The notes under the pieces are model-generated. The model worked only from the letters and a program-made list of their open reading frames with translations, did no database searches and had not been told where the DNA came from. From Microbotryum violaceum (lineage: Eukaryota): a DNA stretch of 64,000 nt. Both the position numbers and the translations under genes were made by a program. Below are positions 36,718-48,925 of the stretch, one piece after another. Where the stretch lies: NCBI GenBank assembly GCA_001244265.2, contig CDLV01000006.1, positions 1,674,001 through 1,738,000 on the forward strand. Reading direction: 5' to 3'. Position 1 is the first letter of the stretch. Each line of letters begins with the position of its first letter.

Positions 36718-38150
36718 ATGTCGCCCGCACTGAACGGCACACGAATTCCACTGCCCGTGTCGATGGCCCAAGATGATGAGCGAGGCATGTTGGGCTTCTT
36801 CCACACTCTGGAACGGTTAAAGGTACATCCAGTGGAGACTCGCCGAACCGACTCGAACAGGCCAACATCCGGAGAGCTGATGATCCACTTCACCCCTGCT
36901 TGGGCGGACAACAGACCAACAAGAGGACAGGATGGGTCAACAACAACGTCCGACTACCCGAGTCGATCGCCGATCACATGTACAGGTACGTCCTTCGACT
37001 CGTCTTTCGATTTGACTCCTTTCACAACCCACGTTCGGATCAAAGCTGACCTGTCTTTTCCCGCTCGCAATGGCACAGGATGTCCATGATGGCTTTGGTC
37101 CTGCCCCCTCCGACAAATGGTGAACCGCCTTTGGATATTTCGAGGTACGAATACATGCATCTTCAACTCAAGAGCTCTCCGTCGCCGCTTTGCCGATGCC
37201 CTTCCGCGATTAGAACGAGGCACTTCACTCAACTCGCACTCTCGGTCGGAAGAGATCCGATCTTCCCCTCGAACGATCACTAATCCCCGAGCCTGTACTC
37301 GTCTCTTCTCTAATTCAGATGCGTGATGATGTCTTTGGTCCACGATTTAGCCGAAGCTGATGTCGGTGACATCACACCCGAACATGCGAGTGGTATTTCG
37401 AGGGAGCAGAAGCATCTCATGGAGCAGGTCAGTGCTCGGCTCAAAGTCTGAACCCACGTTAGCCTCGACCAAATCTGACTCATCCATACCTTTGTCTTCC
37501 AAAGGCCGCTATGGAAAGGATCAAACGTTTGTTGGGCCACCCTTCGATCGCTTCGTTGAGGGTCGAGTCGCTGTGGCGAGAGTACGAGGATCGCCAAACG
37601 CCCGAGGCCAAGTTCGTTAAGGATTTGGACCAGTTCGAATTGGCAGTTCAGGGGGTCGAATACGAGAAGGGTATGTAGCTTTTGTGTATAGATCGGATTG
37701 CGAGGAGGATTGAATGCTGATGATCCTTCATTTGGCGTCGATTCACAGCTCAAGGGATTCAGTCCATTCAGGCCTTTTTCGATACAACCGTATCCAGAAT
37801 TCTTCACCCGACTGTCAAGCAATGGGCGAGGGAGTTGTAAGTATCCATTGACACAGCCATTCAAATCATCTGCTGACCTGAACTCTTTTTGCCTCCGCAG
37901 GATGGAGCAAAGACGAGCCCTGTGGGCCTCTAGAGGGTGGGAAGGCTACGTCCACGTCGACGTCGCACCGGATGCACCCGCAACGTCGACAAGTACCCAA
38001 CCAACCACTTCAACACCCATACTCAGCGGCCACATTGAGGAAAAGTCCTCCGCTCGAAATACTCTCACTCAACGAGTATGGGGTGAACATCGATCGGACG
38101 ACACCGGGCCCCCAGATTCGTCAAGTCAGGAAGTTGGGGCTGAGGCTTGA
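36718..38150 (+). CDS. HDDC2: HD-domain 5'-deoxynucleotidase (HDDC2 / YGK1-like), multi-exon
   Basis: LK|TNKRTGWV, ESIADHMYR, LVHDLAEADVGDITP, LWREYE, EAKFVKDLDQFEL motifs. Confidence 0.9.
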
Positions 38151-39069
38151 TCAGTGGAAAAGAGTGGGATGGGATGGGTATTGAAGGAGTGCATGTCATT
38201 TAGCGTTATCCTGTGTTTGAGGTTGTCGGTTGGTTCTTTCGCCATTTTCTGCAATTGCTTCTTTCTTTTAGTTCGTCGCTTCGAGCCTCGAGGTTCGCTT
38301 CACTGACGCCCATTCGGTCCTGTGGGGCTGGCGAAACTGCCGGAAGGGCACGTGACCATTGGCGGATTTCCGCCTCTCGCGGTGCGAGGGCAGCGAAAGC
38401 CGGACTCCCAGCGAGGCTGCGGTCCCTGGCAGCTGAAAGCCAGATAACAAAGTACGGAGAGAGCCCACCCTTCAAGCACAGAGGTAACAACAACGACTCG
38501 GGTAACAAGCGAATAGGGTTTTCTGGTGTCGTAGCTTCTCGCATGCCTGACGTGGTCGTCTTTTTGTGGTCGTGCATGTTCAGATCGGAGTAGGCCTCAG
38601 CGCGCTCAGCGCGAGCGGTTCGACGGAGATGGGCGCGCGCGCGCGTGAGCGTCACCGTGGGCGTCATTCAACATTTGTCACGGTCTGCGCGCCGAACAAG
38701 AAACCGGTGGACGTCGGCGTGAGGCTCCTCCTTTGGCCTCGCGCTCGCCACTTGCATTTGCACAACAATACCCGAGATTTACTTAGCTTACAGCCTACAC
38801 CGAGCTCTCCGCTTCCGATTGACGGTAGTGTAAGTTCAGCATTGATACAGTGGACACGAGCAGGGGTGCTGATGCTGATGGTCACGCGGGGTTGTGTTCG
38901 TTCTCTCTCTCTCATCGCAGCAGCTCCACCCACCCAGCGCCGAGTCAATCAACTTAAACTCGCCGCGCTCTCGCTGGCACGCACTCTGCACCCCAGCAAC
39001 GCAGATACTACCCAGCTGGAAATCAGCTCTTTCTCTCTGGACAGTTGAACCGATTACGGTCACCGAACG

Positions 39070-42000
39070 ATGGCGGCGATGACGATGATGACCGCTTCCT
39101 CGTCCCCGATGCGCACGCCGGGCCTGTACTCGTCCCCCGCGTCGCCCTCGACGCTGCGTTCACCACAGGCACCCCGACCAGCCTCGAGCTCCACCGCTCC
39201 CCCACTAGGGACATCCTCTTCAGCCAATGCCAACTCGACGTCGTGGTCCTGCCCCGATCGACGCCAGCCCGTCTCGATCGTCGCTGGGGCTGATGGCGGC
39301 GCCGAAGCGATCGCGGTCAGAAGAAGGGGTTCCAACTCGTTCAGAATCATGTCGACCGGTAGTCTCGTCTCCAACTCGCCTTTCGCGAAACGACTCGGTC
39401 AAGTCACTTCGAGCCCCAAGTTGAACGACATCACCTCCCCGACCATGTCCCCTACCTCGACCTTGGGCTCTCGTATCCCGACGACGACGATAACCAAGTA
39501 CGGTGGTCTCTCCGTCGGCCTCGGTGCGCTCAATGGTTCGAGGCGAAAAGTCAGCGGCGAGAATGAAGAGAACCGCAACGTCTCGGTGGAATATGCGTAT
39601 TTGGACGAGCACGAGGGCAAGGTCATCTTTGATGGGACGGGGGAGGGGCTACCCCGGAGTCGATCGGCATCGCCCACGGTGCCGTTCCGGCCGATTCGTT
39701 CGGTCAACCCGAGTCATTCAACTGCGCTCGCTGGATCGACGACGACGGGATCGAGCAATGCGGCGTTCAAACCTTCTCGACCTGCGTTCACGTCGACGAA
39801 TGGCAGTCATCACGCAAAATCGGCCTCGGTCGGTAGTGGGCCCGTTTCGAATTCACTCTTCCTCAACCGAGCCAAGGACAACGAGATCAGCCCCCCGCTC
39901 CAACAAGCTCCGTACGAAATCGCGCCTCTCAGTCACGAGTCCGCCCCATTCTCCTTCCACACCACGAGTTCGAGTTTCAGTCAGCCCCGTGTGGCGCCGA
40001 TCGTTCCTCGTCCGATGAGCTCAACGGGCACGCCCATCTCGCCCTTCTCGTTGGGTCATCGACCAGGACAGACTTCTCTCAATGGTGGGGAGAGGCGCTT
40101 TGGCGGTGCAGCGGAGCCACCTCCCAACACGCCTCCTCGCGCTCGTTCGGCTACTTCGGCAAACAATGGTTCTCCTGCTCCTGCATCAGCAATGAGTCCC
40201 CATCGACGAGGTGCGCATTCCTCAACCGAGAGCGAGACGGAATCGACGGCGAGTCGAGTGATTCGTCGTCAACCTAGCGCCAAAACCGTCACCTGGGCCG
40301 CGACGGAGGAAGTGCTCGAATTCGAAGTCGACGATCGACGGGCTTCAGATGTCAGTTACGCCTCCTCCACTAGCGATGATGCGCGTTATTATGGTCGGGA
40401 GCAGGACGATTCGACTGAGGTCGAGGAAGGGAATTCAAGTATGGGTTTCGAGGAAGGAGGCTCCGTCGAGGTGCATGATTACAATTCGTCTGAAGACGAG
40501 GACGATGATGGTGAATCTGCCGTGTCGACTGTCGATGAGTTGATTGATAACATCGATCAGTTCATGGTCGAAGAACGAGGGTACAACGAATTCTATTCGC
40601 CGTCCCAGATCACGTCTGATTTTGATGCGAGGCCGATGGCAGAGGCGCTTCAGGTCGCGGCTCCTTCGTCGACTTTCAGCTCTTCGACTACAACGACGAC
40701 TTCGAGTGGCATCTCGACGGGAGAGGAAGAGGACGAAGACGCGTCGAACTACTCGAATGATGATGATGCTGAAGGGGACGTGACGCAGGAGACGATCGCT
40801 GCTCACGGGGACTCAGCCCCAGATGCCTCTGCCAACGCTTCATCGTCATCCTCGCCTTGGTCACTCGAACGACCTTTGCCTAACTTCCCTTCCTCAAACA
40901 GGGACTTTCTCGACTCGGTGTTGATGATGGACTCGCCCAAACAATCCAAAGTCAGCATCTCGACGTTCGAATTGCCTGACATTCCGGGGATTTCCCCCTT
41001 GATGGACTTTGGCGACGATGGTTCGGCTGGGTCGGTCGTGACGCTCGACATGGATCCAGCGGTGACGACGACGATAACGAGAGCTTCGATGTCGGCGCTT
41101 CCTCAGGCCTCTCACCCTTTCAGTTCTTCGGCCTACCCTGTTCGAAGTGTTGCTCAATCCGCGCCTGCCCAACTGTCCCCCGCCCAGCCGGTTCGGCAAG
41201 AATTGATCGGTGACTCCCCAATCCTCTCGGCTTTCAACCGTACATCCGCGCCAGTCCAACCTCTGCAAGCTTCACCACAGCTTTCACGCAAAGGCTCGGT
41301 CCATAGCGACGCTGCTTCGAGTCTGAGTTACTACGGTTCGATCAGCAGCGGCTCGAACGGTCCCATCTTCATGGGACGTGGACGACTCGATGAGAAACTC
41401 TCAGCCCATCAAGCGATGCTAGAGGCTTTATCCCCATCTTCGACTTCGACGGGTCGATTCCCCGACACCAACAACTCCGTCCCTTTCATCAAAGCTCGCG
41501 ATTTTGCTTTGGACGACGATCGAAGTCAGACTAGGGAGATTCAGGCCAAAGCCGCGACCAAACCTTCGTCCGCCACGCTCTCGACGGGAATGATGCCCAC
41601 AATTCATGGCTCGTCCGTGGTTCAAGGCCTCAATATCGGTGTCGGATCGTTGTTGACGCCTCAACTTGCTCACGCCATGTCGAGTCCTTTGGATCGATTA
41701 CAAAAGGGCGTTGAGAGGGCTGAAGGAGGCTCGGTGTGGAAGACGGGCGATTCGTTGTTGTTGGGCGTTGCTGAGGTTCCTAAGGAGGCGGAGGAGAGTG
41801 AGGACGAGGAGGATTTGAAGACAAGCATGAAAAATTCTGGTGGTCGACCGACGAGAAGGAGAAGTTTGTCAACAGGGGATGCCAAAGTGTCGGAGACGAC
41901 TTCGGTAGGTCTTTGATCTTTACCCGGTAGCCGTGATTGTTTGCTGAGACTTTTGGTCGGATCACGATCTACAGAGCACCGATGACACGCCCAAAAAGCT

Positions 42001-43516
42001 CGAACTGCGCTTCGAAAGGCGTTTGGCGGGCATTCCCGAAGTTGAAGCGTTTGGAATGAGCACGCAGTCCTCCCTCGACGATATTTTCAACTCGCGCCAT
42101 CATAGCTATCGTGTGCGCGAACACAAGGTCGTTATCAATGCTACGGACTCGAACCGATTGACGGCGGTCAACAAGGCGGGTGATTTGGCGGCTAGTCCGG
42201 CGGTCAGGAGGAAACGTCCTTCCAACATGGTGAGCACTTCTCGCCGCGCTGATCAGGGACTTGGAGCAAGAAGCTGACTTGATCCGTTTGGTCTCAGCAT
42301 GAAATCAACCGCTCCCTCAGCACTGTCAGTGTCACCTCGACCGCAAGTCGACGCAGCAAGGCGTTCCGAGGGCAACTCTTTGTGCACATTCGAGAAGTCC
42401 AGATCGATGGTGTCCCCATGCCTCGCGAGCGTACGAACGTCATCTTCTCGCTCGACAATGGCAAGCAACGCGTTGAGGCTGGACGTCGGGTGCTCGAGCC
42501 TCACATTGCGGTTCGCAAAGAGTTCGAGCTGTGAGCCGAAGTGGACCTTGCTTTCGAGGGAATACCGTTGTTGAACCTCTAAAAATTTCATTTTTCCCAG
42601 TATCTGCTCCCCTGACCTTGTCTTTTCTATCGATCTCTCCGTGGGACCTCCTCCACCGTCCCCGGTGCCAGTACCACAAGTCCGAAGGACCCCGCCACCA
42701 CCTCCGTCTCCGACCAAGACACCCGGCAGCCGACTGCGCGCACTGCTGTCATCCCCGAAAAAGAAGGCCGCTTCGAATGCCAAGGCAGCTGCAGCAACTT
42801 CTGCTCTTCCGCCACCCGTTGCCGTCGCCCCCGATCCGTTTTACTCGTTCGTCGCTCCCGATGGCAAGTTCGCAAGCGCGACCGTGCGCTTCGTCGACGA
42901 GGCTCTACGGTGTCGGCACAAGCGAGCTCGCATCACGATCCCCTTCAGCAAGAACCCCGCTCTTCCCTCGAATCGCCGCGTTTCAGGCTCGGTCACGATC
43001 GATCTCTTCTACCTCCCTTCCATTTCGGGTATCAACAAAGCTGCGCTACCCAAGTCGATGGACGAATCGATCGAGGGCATGCGCTTGGCCGAGACCAGCA
43101 TCGACGTCACCCACGAAGGCGTCTTGACTCAGATGGGCGGAGACTGCTCCGTCTGGCGCCGAAGGAACATGAAGCTGCGAGCGAACCGACTTGTTCCTTA
43201 CTCTGAAGTGACCAAGATGTCGCATGTCGAGATCGACCTCTCCGTCGTTGCCAGCATCGAGGACCTCAACGCCACGGTTGCCTCGGGAGGCAAGTCGGCG
43301 GCCAATTTCGACGCCGACGATGTCGTCTCGACAATGGACAACTCCTTCCGCCTCGTCTTCAAGGATGATACTTCTATCGATTTCTACGCCGATACGGCCG
43401 AGTCCAAGAAAAGGTGGATGAAGGAGATCTCGCAAGCCATCTCCGTCACGGGGAATGAGCCGGTTCCGCAATGGGCGCTTTTGGCCAAGCGTCAGGCGGC
43501 CAAGAAGGCACAATGA
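39070..43516 (+). CDS. BUD4: Bud4/Int1/Mid2-like anillin-related protein with C-terminal PH domain
   Basis: Long disordered N-terminal exon (39070-~41905) with RRRSLSTGD, a C2-like exon (GKLFVHI...FSLDNG...AKEFEL), and a Bud4-type PH domain (EGVLTQMGGDCSVWRRR...SFRLVF...FYAD...W). Confidence 0.8.
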
Positions 43517-43763
43517 TGATTACCTCGTACTTTACTGTAGTCCTTGCTTTACGTACTCTTTCTGCTCTTCGTTTCGATCGGTGTCCAGGGGACATCGATC
43601 TTGCTTCTTCTTCGTCTCTTTGTCTTATGGACCATTTCCTTTTACCTTTCTTTTTGCTCTTCTTGAATGGATAAATTCCATTTTTGCATCGATTGACGTA
43701 ATTCTTGTGCTTTCCCACATTGAAATAGAACTTTCTGTGCTTTGTGAAGTTGTGATGAAATTG

Positions 43764-43766
<3 letters not shown>

Positions 43767-43806
<40 letters not shown>
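43767..43806. repeat. (TC)20 microsatellite between convergent genes
   Basis: Perfect dinucleotide run. Confidence 0.95.
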
Positions 43807-43811
<5 letters not shown>

Positions 43812-43874
43812 CCCCCATAGAATAAAAACGTGAATTCAATGCTGGTATGGAATTGTAAGATGAGCTCGGTCCGC

Positions 43875-45694
43875 TCAGTTCGCTACTGCATCCAAAGCCT
43901 GCTTCAGATCCCCGGTTGACTCGACACCACTCGCCTTCCCTGTCTCAGCCTCAGCCCCACCTGCGGCGGCAGCAGCGGCAGCAGCAGCAGCAGCATCCCT
44001 CGCCTTCTCCTCTGGTGTCTTCAAGTGCTCAGGCTTGGGTGTGAACTTTTTCTCCTTCTTGGGTTTTGTTGCCTTGACTTCAGGCGGGTACGCCTTGGCC
44101 TCGGCGGTCTTGAACGCCTCCGAACCGCTGAAGTCGTCCTGAATCGGTTTGAGCAAAGCGTTGATCGCTTGCACGGCGGCGATTTTGAGGTCACCAGGGT
44201 GGATCTCGTTCGCGGCGTAGGCCTCCTCGAGGTCGTCGGCGGAAGCAAACCTGCGCGCCTGACCACCGTGTTTGGGGTCCCCCTTGATGGTGAAAACGAC
44301 GTCGTCCGAATCGGCCCAGGCTCGTTCCGAAGCTCGACCTTGCCCGCTCATCAATTTCCCGATCGGGATGACGACGTTCCTAATAAAAGCGAGTACGCCA
44401 TTACCTTCGACTTCGCCAGGTGCGCAATGGGCTTTCTGGATCTTGGTCTTGACTTGGGCCGGGGTGTCGAGGAAATCGATCTTGGAGTTCGGGTCCGAGG
44501 ACGACATCTTGCCTCCCGAGAGACCGGGAACCATCGAGTTCATCAAGTGCGAGCGCTTTTTGTAGCCGAGCTTTGGGAGGTACAGCTCGGCGTAAGTGAA
44601 GATCTTGCGCTGCTCGGGGAGAAAAGAGGGGGTCCGTAAAAGTCGTCAGGTTCCAAAAGGCTGATCTCAAGAGGAATCGCCTGGCGTTGCTTACCTGATC
44701 GACACCACCGAACTGGAAATCGACACCCAAATACTCCTCGTCGAGGGCTTGCAAAAGAGGGTACAAAAGACCACTGAGCAGCGGGCTGGAAACCTGCTTG
44801 ACGACCTCAGCCCCGGCCTTGCGCGCATCGTGCTCGGAGGTAATGGAGGTGAGCTTGTACTTGTCGAGGTTGTACTCGGCCGAATACTGGTACGACGACC
44901 CGACGACGAACTTGACCTGGTCGAGCGAGAGGTGCAGCGAGCGGAAAACGGAGCTGATGAGCAAGCGGTAGTACTCAGCGCGGGCTTGGACGAGCTCGAG
45001 CGGAGCTTTGAGGTTGTCGAGGAAAGCGTGCACGTCTGATTTGATGAGCATGAGAGAACGGTCATTATCAGCTGGGGTTGATCGGAGCATAGCAGAGCAA
45101 CTCGAGCCGAAACTGACCAGCCAGCAAGATCTTGACTTCGACGCCGGCGGTGATGAAGTCGGCGAGCTTGGCTAACGGAACAAAGTATCCCAAGTGCGCT
45201 GTGATTGATGGATCAAGAATCAATTAGTCGTGAGCTCTGTCGTCGATCCTCGCAGCGCTCTGTGGACCCATGCCCCCGCCGAGTTCGAAGCTAATCGTGC
45301 GAAGGAAATCATCCCGGGGCCAGGTCCTCTAACGTCAAGGTAGGGCAGCATCCCTGAGAGACAAGTCATTGGACAAGGGGCAGGATGCCAACTCACGCCT
45401 TCCGGTGGGTGCTGTACCCCAGTAAGCGACGAGATCGCGCTCCTCGAGCGTGGCCTTCATCGCGTCACCGCCCAAGACCTCAGCAAGGTTCTGCGTGATG
45501 ATCTCATACTTCTGGCTGGCCGAACTGCAAAATGGAAAGACGTTGTGATGGGTTGTAGTCAGCACCGCGAGGATTCGCCGGTCAGCGCAGCCCTGACGTT
45601 GCGACTGGGTGCGAGGATGGGTGGTAGATGCACTGAAAGGTGCTTACAGCGACCTCGTGGGGGCTGACGTTCCTTCTGTTGTTGACGCAGACAT
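43875..45694 (-). CDS. TYS1: Cytosolic tyrosyl-tRNA synthetase, multi-exon
   Basis: YWGTAPTGR|..HLGY (HIGH-like), [43 protein letters not shown]. Poly-Ala tail encoded by a GCT repeat. Confidence 0.96.
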
Positions 45695-46571
45695 CGCTGG
45701 CAAGATAGACGGTCGTGATGGCTGCTCAAGAGTTAGGTCTTCGTCGCGGCCGGGCAAAAGAATTCGCGAAGTTGACTCACATTTGAGCCGCAGCTAATAG
45801 TCAATTCCTCGCCCGAGGCACAGCTCCACTCCGTCCACAAATCGCGGGCATTATCGACCAGTTGATTTCATCCAACTTGCGCTACACGTCTCCATCTGCT
45901 TCTTGAAATGATTGAATTGTCTAATCTCGACTGGTCCTCGCCATATGGGACAAAGTGACGAGTCCTGCGCAATTCCGCTGGAAATTTGCAAGGTCGCCGA
46001 CGACGTCGACGTCGACTCAGACCACAGCATCGTCGCTTCGGACTGGAGTCGACTCGCGATCCAAAATTGACCAGAAAGCTCTTGACAGCGAATTAATGCT
46101 GCTTTATCTGATCTAGTTCTGGGGGGTGCGCCCGACGAATCGCAGGCCTTGTCAGTGATCGTCCTGCACGTGTTCTCCATTGGTTGGCAAAGATAGAGCT
46201 GCGGAAGCGCCGGGTCCCGCTTCCGAATTTGAAATTGAACCGGAATTTGAAATGATCTCGCCCGCTTCCGTCGCATCTCGCAATACCACTCAGCCAGCGG
46301 TGTCTGCTCTCTCTGTCTCTGCTTCCACGCCACGACCCTTGCTAGGTCTCCTACATCCCTTTCTAGGTCTCCTACATCCTCATCGACCTTTGCAACTTCA
46401 GCCACTCGTCCTGCCACCACCTCACGAGCCGTGGCCCGACACGAATCGGCGATCCAAAGCTTCGAATTTCCAATCCGTGGTGCATGCGCATCTCGATACG
46501 TGCACTCAAACTACACTGACAAAGCTTCGGAGTTCAGGATCCAACTTAGCGCGAGCATCATTCAGTAGACG

Positions 46572-48301
46572 ATGGCTGATCATAGCGCACCATACGATGT
46601 GGGTTTGTCGGCCTCGACTGTTCATAATGACGCCCATACGACTGTTCGGAAAACCCAGCACGTCGGTGCCAAAGGTGAGCAAACTCGGCTTAGGCTCCTC
46701 TCCAGGCTGCCTCCGTCGGCTGCAGCTGGCAGCGATCCTTTCGCGCCACTAGTCGCGACAGCGACAGAGCAATTATAGGCACTCATCGTCTGGCTCTCGT
46801 GGTTAGAATGGGCTTGAACTAACAAACTTGGCGCATACTATCTAACAGATTTGTTTCGATCATTGAGTTGGGGAGACCGATTGCTCGCGCCGGCGGTCCT
46901 CGGGGCGATGATTCTTGGAGTTGGGTTGGGCAACGCCATTCCCGAAGCAAAGCTTTCGCGGATGTTTGATGCTGGCAGTCCTGGTTCGACCGCATCTTGG
47001 CAAGGTGTTTCCATTCGTTAGTCTCCTGGATTGCCCTCTCGACATCTGAAGAGCAATTACTGATCGGTCTCGGCTACATTTTCGGTCAAACAGCCCTCAT
47101 GATCGGTCTCTTGGTCATGATTTGGCCTGCGATGAGCAAAGTGCAGTGGGAAACCATTCCGGCTCTGTTTCGTTCCCGGTCGATCTACATCCACCTCGGC
47201 ATCTCGCTCGTTCTCAACTGGATCGTGGCGCCCTTCATCATGGCCGCGTGCGCGTGGATCGCGCTGCCCGAGGCGAGCTTGGATCGGGAACGAAGAGGGG
47301 TTCTGCTCGTCGGGGTCGCTCGCTGCATCGCCATGGTCATCATTTGGACCGGTATCGCGCAAGGCGATACTGACTTCTGCGCCATCTTGGTCGTCGCAAA
47401 CTCGCTGCTGCAGATCGTCCTCTTCAGCCCTTACGCCGTGCTCTTCTGCAACTACCTCGGCGTGCGAGCCGGAAGTGATCTTGGCCCCCTCAAGCTGGCC
47501 TACACTCAGGTCGCCAAAAGTGTTGGAATATATCTCGGCATCCCCCTCGCAGCGGGTGCGGTAACACGTGCGCTCGTGCTCCTCACACTGAGACCGAAAG
47601 CCCGAGCCCGCTTCTTCAACTACTTCGGTCCCCTCGGCGAGATCGGACTGCTCTACGTCATCATCGTTTTGTTCACGAACCAAGGCCGAGCCATCATTCA
47701 CAATATCGGGACCGTTGTTCGCATCTGCGTTCCGTAAGTGCCTCGTTCCCATCCGATCTTGGCGTGTCTCACTCCCTATCCCCTATCTCAGTCTCGTGGG
47801 GTCAGCGTCCCGCTCTTTTGCGTTGCCAAACAAGAGAGTTATAAGTGGAGGTCAACTGACACGGCACCCCGACTTCTTCCGTGGCCCAGGTTGATCATGT
47901 ACTTCACCATCGTTTGGACCGTCACGTTCTATTCCTTCTACAAGTTCTCTCGCTCGAAGTACGGCGCCATTGCTGGTGGATACGAAAAAGCGGCCACACA
48001 GGCTTTCACTGCTGGGTCCAACAACTTCGAAATTGCAATTGCAATCGCAGTCGCATCCTTTGGAGGGGAAGCACCAGAGACGTTGGCGGCGACGCTTGGG
48101 CCGCTGATAGAGGTGCCTGTCTTGTTATGCCTGTCTTATGTCGCGCTCTACCTCCGCGATCGGATGGATTGGGGTTCAGACGCCGCGGTTAACAACGCGG
48201 TCGCTGGTGGCCACCACTCGGATGCTGAAGCTGGCATAGGATGGCTGGCAAGCGAGAAAATGGAGGTAGGGTCCGCGCGGAACGAAAGGGTGAACCCGTA
48301 A
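46572..48301 (+). CDS. ACR3: Arsenite efflux permease, Acr3 family
   Basis: LSWGDRLLAP, IGLLVMIWPAMSKV, SLVLNWIVAP, GVARCIAMV (conserved Cys), NSLLQ, YLGIPL, FTAGSNNFEIAIA, GPLIEVPVL. Three introns. Confidence 0.95.
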
Positions 48302-48925
48302 CGAGAATTCGGTGTAGCTGTCTGAATCGAATACTCCTCTTGCAGTGACTCTGCGTATCTGCGTAAATTCAGCGCCAGCGACATGGCTGTTCGGCCTCGG
48401 AGTTGAGCCGGACACAGGAGAGCTGAAGCGCCCAAGCGCTTTCACGATGTCCAGCAGAGCAAGCGTCGACCTGAAGCTTAAAATCGTATCCCCGCCTGCG
48501 CTCCGGTTCGGTTTCGTCAAATGCCGGTGGGTCTCAAGTCACGCGTGCATGCCACATACTCGTAAGAACCAGTGGCTTCGACCGCTTGATGGGTTTAGCC
48601 GAGATCGATGCCTACATCTCTAGAGTGAGACCCGAGGCCAATGCAGTGCAGGCACGTATCCGATGACTTGCACCTACACAGTATGCATTACATTTTCAAA
48701 CGGTGCCGCACGGCCGCGAATCAAGCTGCGACTAGCCCTGACGAGCTCGGCGCCGGGTCGGGAATACGACGCGTGTCTCCTCTCCGGCGATGGCTCACGG
48801 TTGTCGATCTGGGGCTGAAGGGACACCGGTCGCATCAGACTGGCCCTTCAACATGGTCCCTCCATTCCCTTCTCTCTTCTGTTGTTCGTCCGTCCTGTTG
48901 TCCTTGTGCCACGCACTACCCAACG

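Noticed and set aside
46572-48301. Arsenic-resistance gene cluster around ACR3
   Set aside because: The neighbours are TYS1 and a G-alpha. No arsenate reductase, ArsH, methyltransferase or Yap8-like regulator is visible, and no TGATTAATAATCA site was seen.
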